Below, one piece after another: positions 8,005 through 16,582 of a stretch of 64,000 nucleotides of DNA (the stretch's first letter is position 1; every line of letters begins with the position of its first letter). The translations under genes and the position numbers were made by a program. Under the pieces are notes generated by a model. The model was not told where the DNA came from. It was given only the letters and a program-made list of their open reading frames with translations, and made no database searches. Source of the stretch: a virus (Duplodnaviria > Heunggongvirae > Uroviricota > Caudoviricetes); the IMG/VR virus record IMGVR_UViG_3300037261_000110. One strand, 5' to 3'.

Positions 8005-10062
8005 ATGGCTAATCGATCTGTATCCGCGCAAGTGGTAGAAGCAAGAACTTACCTCCGTCCTCTTGACACTGACGGAAAGATTTTTGAGACACATGAGCAG
8101 CATTTCGATCGCATGATCGAACATCAGAAGCATCTCTGGCAGAGAGCTAAGGGAGGCATGATTCGTAATCCTGATGGCTCTTGGAAAATTACGCCATTGG
8201 ATTTAGCTGAAGAGGCTGAATTAGCTGAGCTTCGTGCGTTGTTAGCGGAATATAAGATACGTCTTGCTGGTCGAACTCACTGGATGGGCAACGTTCCTAC
8301 TGTGTGGAAACGTGAGATTTCCAATTTTAACTGTTCAGCTCAGACACTTAAGCGTCCAGCGGATTTCGTTGATGCCTTCTGGTTGCTTCTCAATGGCTGC
8401 GGCTACGGCGGACGCCCTGAAGTTCGAAAAGGCTATATTACAGGTTTTGGGCAGCACATCGACGAAATCGTGTCTATTCCTTCAACTAATGGGCGCACCG
8501 GAGGAAACTCAAAGAACGAAGAGCACTACGATCAAGAGACAGGCGTCTGGACGATCAAGGTAGGTGACAGCGCCGAAGCCTGGGCAAAGCTCATGGGCAA
8601 ACTTTTGTCGAAGAAGATACCGGCGAAGAAGTTGGTCCTGGACTTCAGCGAGCTTCGTGGAGCTGGCTATCGTCTGAAAGGCTACGGATGGTTATGTTGT
8701 GGGGATCGCCCACTTTGGAGTGCATTGGAAAAGATTTGTGGCATTCTCAATGTTAACGTCCGTCAAAAGCTTACTGAAATTGATCTGATTGATATTCTCA
8801 ATCTTCTCGGAACCGTCCTGTCGACGCGCCGCGCAGCTGAAATCACTGTCGTGGACTACCACAATCCGATCGCGCACGATTTCGCCGAGATGAAGAAGAA
8901 CTACTACCCGGATCGGTATTGGCGCGGCCAGTCAAACAACACTCTTGGATTTTGGCACAAGCCGACTCGCTTCGAGCTGGAAGGTGTCTTCAATCTAATG
9001 ATGAACGCTGGTGGTTCCGAGCCCGGTTTCTATAACTTTGAAGCTGCAAATCGACGCACGCAGAATTCAGCTCTTCCATATTTTTGTGACATGACCAATC
9101 CGTGCGGCGAAATCTTGCTGAACGGCGACGGTACTCTCTGCAATCTCGTTGAGACAATCGTCTGTCATTTCAACGGAGATTTCTCTGGACTTTTGCGCGC
9201 TCATTATCTCGTAGCTCGCGCTAATTATAGGCAAACTTGTGTCGTTCTCGAAGATGGCATTCTTCAGCCGGCATGGGAGGATAACCAGAAGCTACTTAGA
9301 CTGTGTGGCGTTGGGCTGGATGGCGTTACCGCCTGGGAAGGTGACGGTAACGTGGACATGGTTCGTGGATTGCGTCTCGCTGCTAACGTAGGCGCCAACA
9401 CAATGGCGGACGAACTTGGCATGAATCGCGCGGCGCTGGTGACATGCATCAAGCCAAGCGGCACGGCATCGAAAACATGTGGCTACGTCAATCAAGAGGT
9501 CCCAGCCGGCTTGCATAAGCCATTGGCGAAGTACATCTTCAACAACGTAGCTTTTACGATTTCCGATCCGTTAGTTGCTAAGTTGAAGGCAGCTGGTTAT
9601 AAATGGTTTAAGCATCCGTCTGATCCGAACGCGGTCGTGATTACGCTGCCGGTGCGCTACGACAATATTGAGTTTTCCACCACCGAAGAAGGATTCGAAG
9701 TGAATCTCGAAAGTGCTCTGACACAGCTCGATCGCTACAAATTCTATCAAGACAATTATACCGATCACAACAGCAGCTGCACGATTTCCTATTCGCCGGA
9801 CGAAGTTCCGTCGATAATCAGCTGGTTGCTACAAAATTGGGATACGTACGTCGGCGTATCGTTCTTGTACCGCGTGAACCCTCTCATGACTGCGGCTGAT
9901 CTTGGGCACCCTTACCTGCCGATGACTCCAGCCAAGAAAGAAGAGTGGGAAGCATATCAGGCTTCGCTTGGTCCGGTATCGTTCGATAATAAGGACACCA
10001 ACGCTTTCCTAGAGATCACTGATCAAGAAGACTGCGCTGGCGGCGTGTGTCCTATTAGGTAA
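8005..10062 (+). CDS. nrdJ: Class II (B12-dependent) ribonucleotide reductase
   Basis: SNFNCS, TNPCGEI, LCNLVE, CIKPSGTASK, HNSSCTISY, C-terminal DCAGGVCPIR. Confidence 0.92.
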   Translation: MANRSVSAQVVEARTYLRPLDTDGKIFETHEQHFDRMIEHQKHLWQRAKGGMIRNPDGSWKITPLDLAEEAELAELRALLAEYKIRLAGRTHWMGNVPTVWKREISNFNCSAQTLKRPADFVDAFWLLLNGCGYGGRPEVRKGYITGFGQHIDEIVSIPSTNGRTGGNSKNEEHYDQETGVWTIKVGDSAEAWAKLMGKLLSKKIPAKKLVLDFSELRGAGYRLKGYGWLCCGDRPLWSALEKICGILNVNVRQKLTEIDLIDILNLLGTVLSTRRAAEITVVDYHNPIAHDFAEMKKNYYPDRYWRGQSNNTLGFWHKPTRFELEGVFNLMMNAGGSEPGFYNFEAANRRTQNSALPYFCDMTNPCGEILLNGDGTLCNLVETIVCHFNGDFSGLLRAHYLVARANYRQTCVVLEDGILQPAWEDNQKLLRLCGVGLDGVTAWEGDGNVDMVRGLRLAANVGANTMADELGMNRAALVTCIKPSGTASKTCGYVNQEVPAGLHKPLAKYIFNNVAFTISDPLVAKLKAAGYKWFKHPSDPNAVVITLPVRYDNIEFSTTEEGFEVNLESALTQLDRYKFYQDNYTDHNSSCTISYSPDEVPSIISWLLQNWDTYVGVSFLYRVNPLMTAADLGHPYLPMTPAKKEEWEAYQASLGPVSFDNKDTNAFLEITDQEDCAGGVCPIR

Positions 10063-10068
10063 GACAGG

Positions 10069-10599
10069 ATGCCATACAGTGACCCGATAAAAGCTGCTGA
10101 GTACGACAGACAGTATCGCCTAAAAAGAAGAAAAAGCGATCCTGAATTCGCTAAGAGGCAGAGAGGATATTGTAAAAAATGGAGTGCCGCAAATCGAGCA
10201 CGTGAATCAGCCAGGAGCAAACGATACAGGCAGGATAATATTGAAAAAATGCGTGAGTATGAAAATCAACGCAGCGTGCAACGTAGAGCAAAAAACCCGG
10301 AGCGTCAAAAAGCTGCAAATAGACGCTCACTTTTGAAAAAATATGGATTGTCGGCGTTAGACTACACTTGCATGCTGACTGAACAGAATTTTGTCTGTAA
10401 AAGCTGTGGTGAACCAGAAGTCGGACTTGACGCCTATGGTAATATGCGTCCTTTATCGGTTGATCACGATCATGTGACTGGCGAGGTTCGCGGGCTTCTA
10501 TGCAACGGATGTAATCGCGCTCTCGGCTTCATAAATGATTCATCTGAAAAGCTAAAAAAATTGATCAGCTATCTTGACTCCGCTAGAAAAATTTGCTAG
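10069..10599 (+). CDS. Endonuclease VII-type HNH #2
   Basis: KYGLS..Y...EQ...CKSC...LSVDHDHVTGEVRGLLCNGCNRALG. Confidence 0.88.
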   Translation: MPYSDPIKAAEYDRQYRLKRRKSDPEFAKRQRGYCKKWSAANRARESARSKRYRQDNIEKMREYENQRSVQRRAKNPERQKAANRRSLLKKYGLSALDYTCMLTEQNFVCKSCGEPEVGLDAYGNMRPLSVDHDHVTGEVRGLLCNGCNRALGFINDSSEKLKKLISYLDSARKIC

Positions 10600-10607
10600 G
10601 TAAGTAA

Positions 10608-10750
10608 GGTCATTGCAGCAAAGACATGCAGGTGGAAAAGCTGCCAGCCGTAAGAGCGGTTCTATCGGAATTCTGTTCGCAGTAACCCGTGCTCTTGTGT
10701 CGTCGGAGCGACACGTGAATGACCGTCATTCCCTAAAGGCGAAGCCTGCT
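10608..10750 (+). ncRNA. Candidate structured RNA in the HNH-dut intergenic region
   Basis: GGTCATT/AATGACC closing stem, GCAGC/GCTGC, AGCCG/CGGTT, GTGTCG/CGACAC, possible TAAGAGC/GCTCTTG pseudoknot. Confidence 0.4.
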
Positions 10751-10773
10751 TTACTCTAATTCTAGGAACCAAA

Positions 10774-11220
10774 ATGAGAGTCAAATGGAACGATCTTCGT
10801 CTCCCGGAGCATCGCACGGAATCGCCCTTCTTTATCGGTAGTGTCGAAGCGATCGGAGTTGATCTTCGCGCTTACATCCCTGGTCGTGACATGACGATCG
10901 CAAAAGGTGATCGCGTAGCAGTCCCAACTGGCTTCGCCATCGCGGTCCCGGTTGGCTACTACGGACGTGTCGCGCCGCGCTCGGGGCTTGCACTGAAAAA
11001 TGGCATCGACGTGCTCGCTGGAGTCGTCGATAGCGATTATCGCGGGGAGCTGAAGATCATCTTGATAAATCACGGCGCCGAACCATTTGTGATTCACAAT
11101 GGCGACCGTATTGCTCAGCTTGTGATGGAAGAAGCCGAGTGTTGGACGCCGGTCGAAGCATATGGTCTGTCGGACACCGCGCGTGGCGAAAAAGGCTACG
11201 GCTCAAGCGGAGTCAAGTAA
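10774..11220 (+). CDS. dut: Trimeric dUTPase
   Basis: APRSGLA, GVVDSDYRGE, GDRIAQL, RGEKGYGSSG. Confidence 0.97.
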   Translation: MRVKWNDLRLPEHRTESPFFIGSVEAIGVDLRAYIPGRDMTIAKGDRVAVPTGFAIAVPVGYYGRVAPRSGLALKNGIDVLAGVVDSDYRGELKIILINHGAEPFVIHNGDRIAQLVMEEAECWTPVEAYGLSDTARGEKGYGSSGVK

Positions 11221-11223
11221 AAG

Positions 11224-11628
11224 GTGTCATACATCGTGTCAAAACAAGGTTTCTTGTCCGACAACGAGATTGTCGACGATATAGTCCGTTGTATCGAAGG
11301 TGATCCGAAAAGTCTATCCGATTGGCTTACTTGTCCGTTTGAAGACTTGATCATGCTTCATCATGGAACCGGCACGCACATCCGCAATTACTACAAGATG
11401 TGGGCGGAAGAGAATCCGTTCAGCAACATCGATCCGCCAGCGAATACTGCGGGTATCGTAGATCATCCAGACTTCCCCGACCAAAGGTCTCAGCGTTGCA
11501 TAGAGCGCGTGTGGCAGATGATTCATCGAAAGCATGGAATCGGTCCAGGCACGAAAAAGGAACCTATTGACGTTGCTGAATTCGTTAAGCAGTTCGATGA
11601 CGAAAAAGTATCCATCTCAAACTCCTGA
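11224..11628 (+). CDS. Hypothetical protein
   Basis: 134 aa with HHGTGTHIRNYYKMW motif. Confidence 0.65.
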   Translation: MSYIVSKQGFLSDNEIVDDIVRCIEGDPKSLSDWLTCPFEDLIMLHHGTGTHIRNYYKMWAEENPFSNIDPPANTAGIVDHPDFPDQRSQRCIERVWQMIHRKHGIGPGTKKEPIDVAEFVKQFDDEKVSISNS

Positions 11629-12076
11629 AAAATGGAAACAATATAATCAACGTTGGCAAGCTAAGAATCCTGATAAAGCTAGGTGTCTTAAGAAAGCTGC
11701 CTCCGATAGATTTCGTGAGAGAAATCCTCATTACCAAAAAGAGTGGGTAAATAAGAACAAGGATAAAGTTCTACGAAGTAGAGAACGCGGAAGGATAAGA
11801 AAAGCTTTGAGGCGCCGTTGGAAGAAATATGGATTGACGCCAGAACAGTTTAACATAAAGAACGAAACACAAACCGGTCTTTGTATGTTATGTAATGAAC
11901 TGAATCAAAATGGTAGAGATTTATGCGTCGATCACGACCACGAAACGGGTAATGTTAGAGACCTTCTCTGTACTAGATGCAACCGTGGTCTAGGTATGTT
12001 TAAGGATTCTCCTGAGCTGCTAGAAAAGGCTGCGGCTTACATTAGAGGACACAAAGAGAATGTATCAGATTCCTAA
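11597..12076 (+). CDS. Endonuclease VII-type HNH #3
   Basis: KYGLTPEQF...CMLC...LCVDHDHETGNVRDLLCTRCNRGLG; start ATG 11597. Confidence 0.88.
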   Translation: MTKKYPSQTPEKWKQYNQRWQAKNPDKARCLKKAASDRFRERNPHYQKEWVNKNKDKVLRSRERGRIRKALRRRWKKYGLTPEQFNIKNETQTGLCMLCNELNQNGRDLCVDHDHETGNVRDLLCTRCNRGLGMFKDSPELLEKAAAYIRGHKENVSDS

Positions 12077-12338
12077 AAAAGGTGAACTGTTGCTTGTATT
12101 TACGGCTCCCTGGTGCGGCCCTTGCAAGCATTTTGGACCGGTGCTTGAAAAAGTGTGCGAACTCGGAAATTTACCAATTTCTAAAATACAAGTTGACGAC
12201 GATCCGGAATTCTGTCATAACCAGAACGTCAGATCGGTGCCAACGATCCGTCTCGTTAGAAATGGCGAGGTTGTCGGGACAGCGATCGGAGCAATGAGCG
12301 AAGGCCAGTTGAAGGATTGGCTGAACGAACATTCATGA
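12060..12338 (+). CDS. trxA: Thioredoxin
   Basis: FTAPWCGPCK, VRSVPT cis-Pro motif. Confidence 0.93.
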   Translation: MYQIPKKGELLLVFTAPWCGPCKHFGPVLEKVCELGNLPISKIQVDDDPEFCHNQNVRSVPTIRLVRNGEVVGTAIGAMSEGQLKDWLNEHS

Positions 12339-12348
12339 AAGGAGTCAA

Positions 12349-12636
12349 ATGATTTCACTTGAGGACTTTGTGAAGCAAAATGGCTTGGAGCTGCAACGGT
12401 CAAGCCCGATCACTGCGCGGTCATACGTGACCTCGCCAGGACTACCCTGCGAGCGAGTCGACGAGTATCATTGGGCACGAAAGCTTAATGGCTCGAAGTA
12501 CGATCAACGAGTTTACGTGTTCATGTACCATGACGGATCGTTCTCTACCTCGCTCGGGATCGACTTCATACACCGACTATTGCCCGACAAGCCGACGCTG
12601 AAGGCTTTCGTCGAAGCGATGAGTCCGGAGCGGTAA
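12349..12636 (+). CDS. Hypothetical protein
   Basis: 95 aa, GGAG RBS. Confidence 0.6.
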   Translation: MISLEDFVKQNGLELQRSSPITARSYVTSPGLPCERVDEYHWARKLNGSKYDQRVYVFMYHDGSFSTSLGIDFIHRLLPDKPTLKAFVEAMSPER

Positions 12637-12637
12637 C

Positions 12638-13159
12638 TTGCGCGATAACCAGCGCTCCAAACTCTACGGGGCTCAAGCGGTGCTTGAGCCTTACAAGGAC
12701 CCGCTGCCGACCGTCGCCGCCGTTGAGGACTATGTTCGACGGGTATGGCAGTCGAAGGTGCTTAAACGAACCTACTTGCGCGCTATGCTGCGCGCAAGTG
12801 AACCACGGGTCCGTGATGGACGCGGAACCAGGATCGCAAGAGGCGGACCTAATTCGATCAACATACCGCTTTGGGCGCGGAACACACGAGTTGTCTTGCA
12901 CGAGCTGGCACACACGATCATCGCACGGGAATATCCGGCTAGGGAACCGGCGCCGCATGGTTGGGAGTATTGTGCGGTCTACCTGAAGCTCGTGCAGACT
13001 ATGATGGGAACGGAAGCAGCGGCGGCGCTCAAGGCTAGCATGCGGGCTGAAAGGGTCCGCTTCACAGAGCCACGCAAACGTGCTCCAATGAGTGCGGAAC
13101 GGAAGCAAGAGCTGCGAGCGCAGCTCGTGCGGGCGCGAGAGGCTAAGTTAAGTGTCTGA
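12638..13159 (+). CDS. SprT-like zinc metalloprotease-fold protein
   Basis: VVLHELAH...PHGWEY (HExxH plus distal His). Confidence 0.65.
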   Translation: MRDNQRSKLYGAQAVLEPYKDPLPTVAAVEDYVRRVWQSKVLKRTYLRAMLRASEPRVRDGRGTRIARGGPNSINIPLWARNTRVVLHELAHTIIAREYPAREPAPHGWEYCAVYLKLVQTMMGTEAAAALKASMRAERVRFTEPRKRAPMSAERKQELRAQLVRAREAKLSV

Positions 13160-13346
13160 CAAGCTCCTGCTGACCGGCGCGTTCGTGGCAGCAATGTTGC
13201 TTTATTTACTGTCCACGAACAGCTGGTTGGTGAGCTGGATCATACCGCCGGACGATCCGCCGCCAGAAGGATGCGCCTTCCTGCATCTGGACTGGACAGC
13301 GGAAAAAGGCAACTATTGGGTTTGCGACAAGTGGGACGATAAGTGA
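13152..13346 (+). CDS. Small membrane-anchored protein
   Basis: N-terminal hydrophobic helix, 64 aa. Confidence 0.5.
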   Translation: MSDKLLLTGAFVAAMLLYLLSTNSWLVSWIIPPDDPPPEGCAFLHLDWTAEKGNYWVCDKWDDK

Positions 13347-13588
13347 CGACGGCGATAATCATTCTGTCAACTTGTGCGGTTGTATGGCTAATTTTCAGGT
13401 TTGGCTTTGAGGATGGATTTTTGTGAGCGAGTTCTACACGATCCACCAAGCGGTGTACGATAACCACAAGCCGCCGCCGCCGGCTTACATCTATCGAGCA
13501 ACCGACTCACCGAACTTTGGTGTGCGCGAGTTTGAGCAAGTCGCCAAGTGCGCGACACGAAGTGAAGCGGAAGCCTGGGTTAAAGAAC

Positions 13589-13927
13589 ATGAGAAAAAGT
13601 GAATATCTCCTACTCAAGCTCGCGGAAGAATGCGACGAAGTAGGACAGCGCTGCTCGAAACAAATCACTTTCGGACCAGACGAAATCCAGCCTGGACACG
13701 AAGAGAATAATCTTCAGCGCCTCCGATATGAAGTCAACGACGTGCTCGCGATGGTCTCGATACTTGGCCTGATGCCGGATGCCATCACGATCGCCGCAGC
13801 TGTCGAGCGCCGGAAGGTGAGACTGGAAAAGTATTGGATCAAGTCGACCGAGCGCGGTCATACCGATCCAGAACCGGAATTTGACGCAGCTACACTCGCC
13901 TGGATGAACGATGACAATCGGGGTTGA
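13589..13927 (+). CDS. MazG-like NTP pyrophosphohydrolase
   Basis: KLAEECDEV...K...EVNDV acidic motif. Confidence 0.6.
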   Translation: MRKSEYLLLKLAEECDEVGQRCSKQITFGPDEIQPGHEENNLQRLRYEVNDVLAMVSILGLMPDAITIAAAVERRKVRLEKYWIKSTERGHTDPEPEFDAATLAWMNDDNRG

Positions 13928-14300
13928 AGTTCTCGGGCGCGACATGCGCCTCTATCTCCTGGTCCGTCGCGACCTGAAAATGCCAGCCGGGAAGCTCGCG
14001 GCAATGGCAGGGCACGCATTCGTCGATTGTGCTGTCAAGTATGCGAGCGGATCGGAAGTACATCAAAGTGTTTTCAACGGATACCAAAGAGACGGACAAA
14101 CTAAGATCGTCTTGGGAGTCGCTGATCTCAATCAGCTGTTACGCCTTCGTGACGCTGCCGCTGCAAATTTTATCTGCACAAGCACAGTATTGGATGAAGG
14201 CAGGACAGTGTTTCCAGCCCACACCATCCCAGTCTGTGCAGTCGGTCTCTGTAGGCGAGAAGACTTACCCTTGGAGTTCGAAACATTGGGACTCTACTGA
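13911..14300 (+). CDS. Peptidyl-tRNA hydrolase type 2 (Pth2-like)
   Basis: LLVRRDLKMPAGKLAAMAGHA...QTKIVL...DEGRT...T...AVG. Confidence 0.85.
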   Translation: MTIGVEVLGRDMRLYLLVRRDLKMPAGKLAAMAGHAFVDCAVKYASGSEVHQSVFNGYQRDGQTKIVLGVADLNQLLRLRDAAAANFICTSTVLDEGRTVFPAHTIPVCAVGLCRREDLPLEFETLGLY

Positions 14301-14433
14301 TGACGACGAAAACGATCGACTATTTACCCGTACTCGATCCGAGTGACGGGAGCATCCAGCTCTACGACATCTACGTAAAGGGTTTATGGATAGGATCGCG
14401 GCGACTGCTTAGGTATTGTGAGGAAGAAGTAAG

Positions 14434-14652
14434 ATGCTACGCAATAAGACAAAAACGCCCTTCGACAAAGAAGCGGCAGAAATAGGCGTTCCGGTAATCC
14501 CACCATTATCGCCGCCGCACAAGTTTCCGAACGATCCGAATCCGGTTATGGCGATCTGTGGGAAATGTGGCCTGCACATCCTTCGGGTCATGGGCTATTG
14601 CTGCATGAGCCCTAACTGCCCGACAGGTCTCGGCAGCGGCTTTACAATATGA
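14434..14652 (+). CDS. Small Cys-rich (zinc-ribbon) protein
   Basis: CGKCG...CCMSPNCP. Confidence 0.5.
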   Translation: MLRNKTKTPFDKEAAEIGVPVIPPLSPPHKFPNDPNPVMAICGKCGLHILRVMGYCCMSPNCPTGLGSGFTI

Positions 14653-15101
14653 CGACGAAGAAGAAACCTAGCAAAATCATTTGGGGTGAGCGCACCATAT
14701 TCCCAATGTTCTACGGCTTCTGTCCGAACAAGGAAGCCTGGGACAAGGAGGTACGCGAACACATCAGTTCGCCTCTGTCGCCGGAATATCCGACCGATAG
14801 TTACGGAATGACGACACACATTACGAATAAATTCGATCACAGTAAGCAACTGTGCATCGTTACAATGAATGATCGTGTTGACACGCAATATCTCAATGAC
14901 GCGGTAAGCGTGATTCTGCACGAGTCGATGCACGTTTGGCAGTGCATGATAGCTCAAGTTCGCGAGTTTGATCCTGGTCTCGAAGTGGAGGCTTACGCGG
15001 TTCAGCACATCTTCGACAACCTGTTTTCCGGCTATCTCGAAACTCGTCGCTGCCCTATAAGGGTAGGACCGGTTTTGCCTTCTCAACACAATCCGTTTTA
15101 G
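14649..15101 (+). CDS. Hypothetical HExxH protein
   Basis: VILHESMH...EVEAY. Confidence 0.6.
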   Translation: MTTKKKPSKIIWGERTIFPMFYGFCPNKEAWDKEVREHISSPLSPEYPTDSYGMTTHITNKFDHSKQLCIVTMNDRVDTQYLNDAVSVILHESMHVWQCMIAQVREFDPGLEVEAYAVQHIFDNLFSGYLETRRCPIRVGPVLPSQHNPF

Positions 15102-15223
15102 CGCTTCAACTTGCGCTTTTTAGTTTTCGACGCACTGGTGTCGACGATTTTGACGTTAGCGTATCGAGACAGGCGCTTACGCCCGCCTCGATTTATCTTG
15201 GAGATGCTGATCTTGATCGGCAT
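15098..15223 (-). CDS. Lys/Arg-rich micro-protein (41 aa)
   Basis: MPIKISISKINRGGRKRLSRYANVKIVDTSASKTKKRKLKR; TAAATG coupling to the upstream ORF; below the ORF-track cutoff. Confidence 0.55.
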   Translation of the reverse strand: MPIKISISKINRGGRKRLSRYANVKIVDTSASKTKKRKLKR

Positions 15224-15370
15224 TTAGTACATCGCGATAGGCGCTTTTTGTGGCGCCAATCCCTTCTTCGGCTTCTTCGACTTGAGTTTGAGTTTGCGAG
15301 GGTTCTTCTTCTTCGCCTTCTGGCTCATGCCCATGCGTGTCTTGGACGCCTCCATGGAAGTGAGTGCCAT
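15224..15370 (-). CDS. Lys-rich micro-protein (48 aa)
   Basis: MALTSMEASKTRMGMSQKAKKKNPRKLKLKSKKPKKGLAPQKAPIAMY; ATG directly follows the holin TAA. Confidence 0.55.
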   Translation of the reverse strand: MALTSMEASKTRMGMSQKAKKKNPRKLKLKSKKPKKGLAPQKAPIAMY

Positions 15371-15802
15371 TTATGCTCCCTTCGCGATCGACGTGCCGGC
15401 GGGAGCAATTCCGGATACGACCGGCGCACCAACCACCTTGACAGCGGGAGTACCGACTGGGGCGAGCCCATTCGCGATACGTCCGTACAATGCCCAACCG
15501 GCGGTGACAACTGCCGTGACTCCGGCAAGCATCATCACTTGATCGCCGATTGACCAGCCGTAGATGCCTGTCGCAATACCGACGATCAAAGCACCGGTAG
15601 AGCCCTGGACGACGCGGCTCGTGTGCAGCGGCTCCAAATTCATCTGATTGACGGCGACCGGATCGGTAGCAACTGCTGTGCTAACGTCAGTTAAGACTGC
15701 GCTAACAACGTCCGGCGAGATGATGCCAGACTTTACGAGAGCTGACGAGATCAGCGGACCAAGAAAGTTCTTGATCATCTGAAAAATGAGACTGAAATCC
15801 AT
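15371..15802 (-). CDS. Probable holin
   Basis: Directly downstream of the endolysin; two to three hydrophobic segments. Confidence 0.55.
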   Translation of the reverse strand: MDFSLIFQMIKNFLGPLISSALVKSGIISPDVVSAVLTDVSTAVATDPVAVNQMNLEPLHTSRVVQGSTGALIVGIATGIYGWSIGDQVMMLAGVTAVVTAGWALYGRIANGLAPVGTPAVKVVGAPVVSGIAPAGTSIAKGA

Positions 15803-15816
15803 TGTAGTTACTCCAT

Positions 15817-16572
15817 TTAGTTCCCACGGAACTTATTGATGATCCAGATGATGAAAGACGCAAACCAGTCTGGACCGGGTGCTGGCGTTGGCGTTGGAAT
15901 GGGTAGAACTGGGATCGGCACCGGAAGCGGCACAGGGACCGGTAGAGGCACCGGAAGCGGTATCGGCAGCGGCGGGACGGGAACTGGCTCTGGCGCGGCT
16001 GCTAGAGCCTTCTGCATAGCTGCGTAGATCGTCTCGGCGTAGCCGGCAATAAGCGTCTCCTGGTCCGTGCCGTTCACTTCGTGGCGAGCATCGATCCAGT
16101 CGAAGAGCACGCCTTCGACGAGATAGCGAGACAGAGGACCAGCTGCCGGCGCAAACAGACCCTTGATCATGCCCATGACCAGAATCTTTGCTGCGACCAC
16201 CAAGTCGAGTGCCAGTTCGGGATGATTGACCAAATCCAAGCCCAAGAGCTTGCCCATGGTTACGTAGTTGTACTTCCAGGTGAGCTGAACCAGTCCGCGA
16301 CCGTAGTATGCCTTGCCGGTAACGGGATCGATAACACCATAAGGGTGTCCGCGTCCGAGACCGTATTCCGCGATAGCCGCCATCGTATGAGCGGACTCGT
16401 GGAAGGCAGTCGCCAGGATGTAGGACTGTTGTTCGTGGTCGAAGTCAGTCTCACGCGCGCACTCAGCGAGAATTGCGTTGAATCCGTCGACTTGTCCTTG
16501 TGACAGGTGTCCGCCGAAGAGATTGCTGCGAATCTCCGTGAAGAAGACCTGCATATTCATTGTCGTTGTCAT
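15817..16572 (-). CDS. GH19 (chitinase-like) endolysin with Pro-rich linker and hydrophobic C-terminus
   Basis: YILATAFHES...YYGRGLVQLTWKYNY; (PV/PI/PL)n linker; DWFASFIIWIINKF. Confidence 0.88.
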   Translation of the reverse strand: MTTTMNMQVFFTEIRSNLFGGHLSQGQVDGFNAILAECARETDFDHEQQSYILATAFHESAHTMAAIAEYGLGRGHPYGVIDPVTGKAYYGRGLVQLTWKYNYVTMGKLLGLDLVNHPELALDLVVAAKILVMGMIKGLFAPAAGPLSRYLVEGVLFDWIDARHEVNGTDQETLIAGYAETIYAAMQKALAAAPEPVPVPPLPIPLPVPLPVPVPLPVPIPVLPIPTPTPAPGPDWFASFIIWIINKFRGN

Positions 16573-16582
16573 TTTCGTTCCT

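Noticed and set aside
8005-10599. Group I intron or intein in nrdJ associated with the HNH gene
   Set aside because: nrdJ reads uninterrupted from N-terminus to the C-terminal CxxxxC motif at normal length; the HNH lies outside it.
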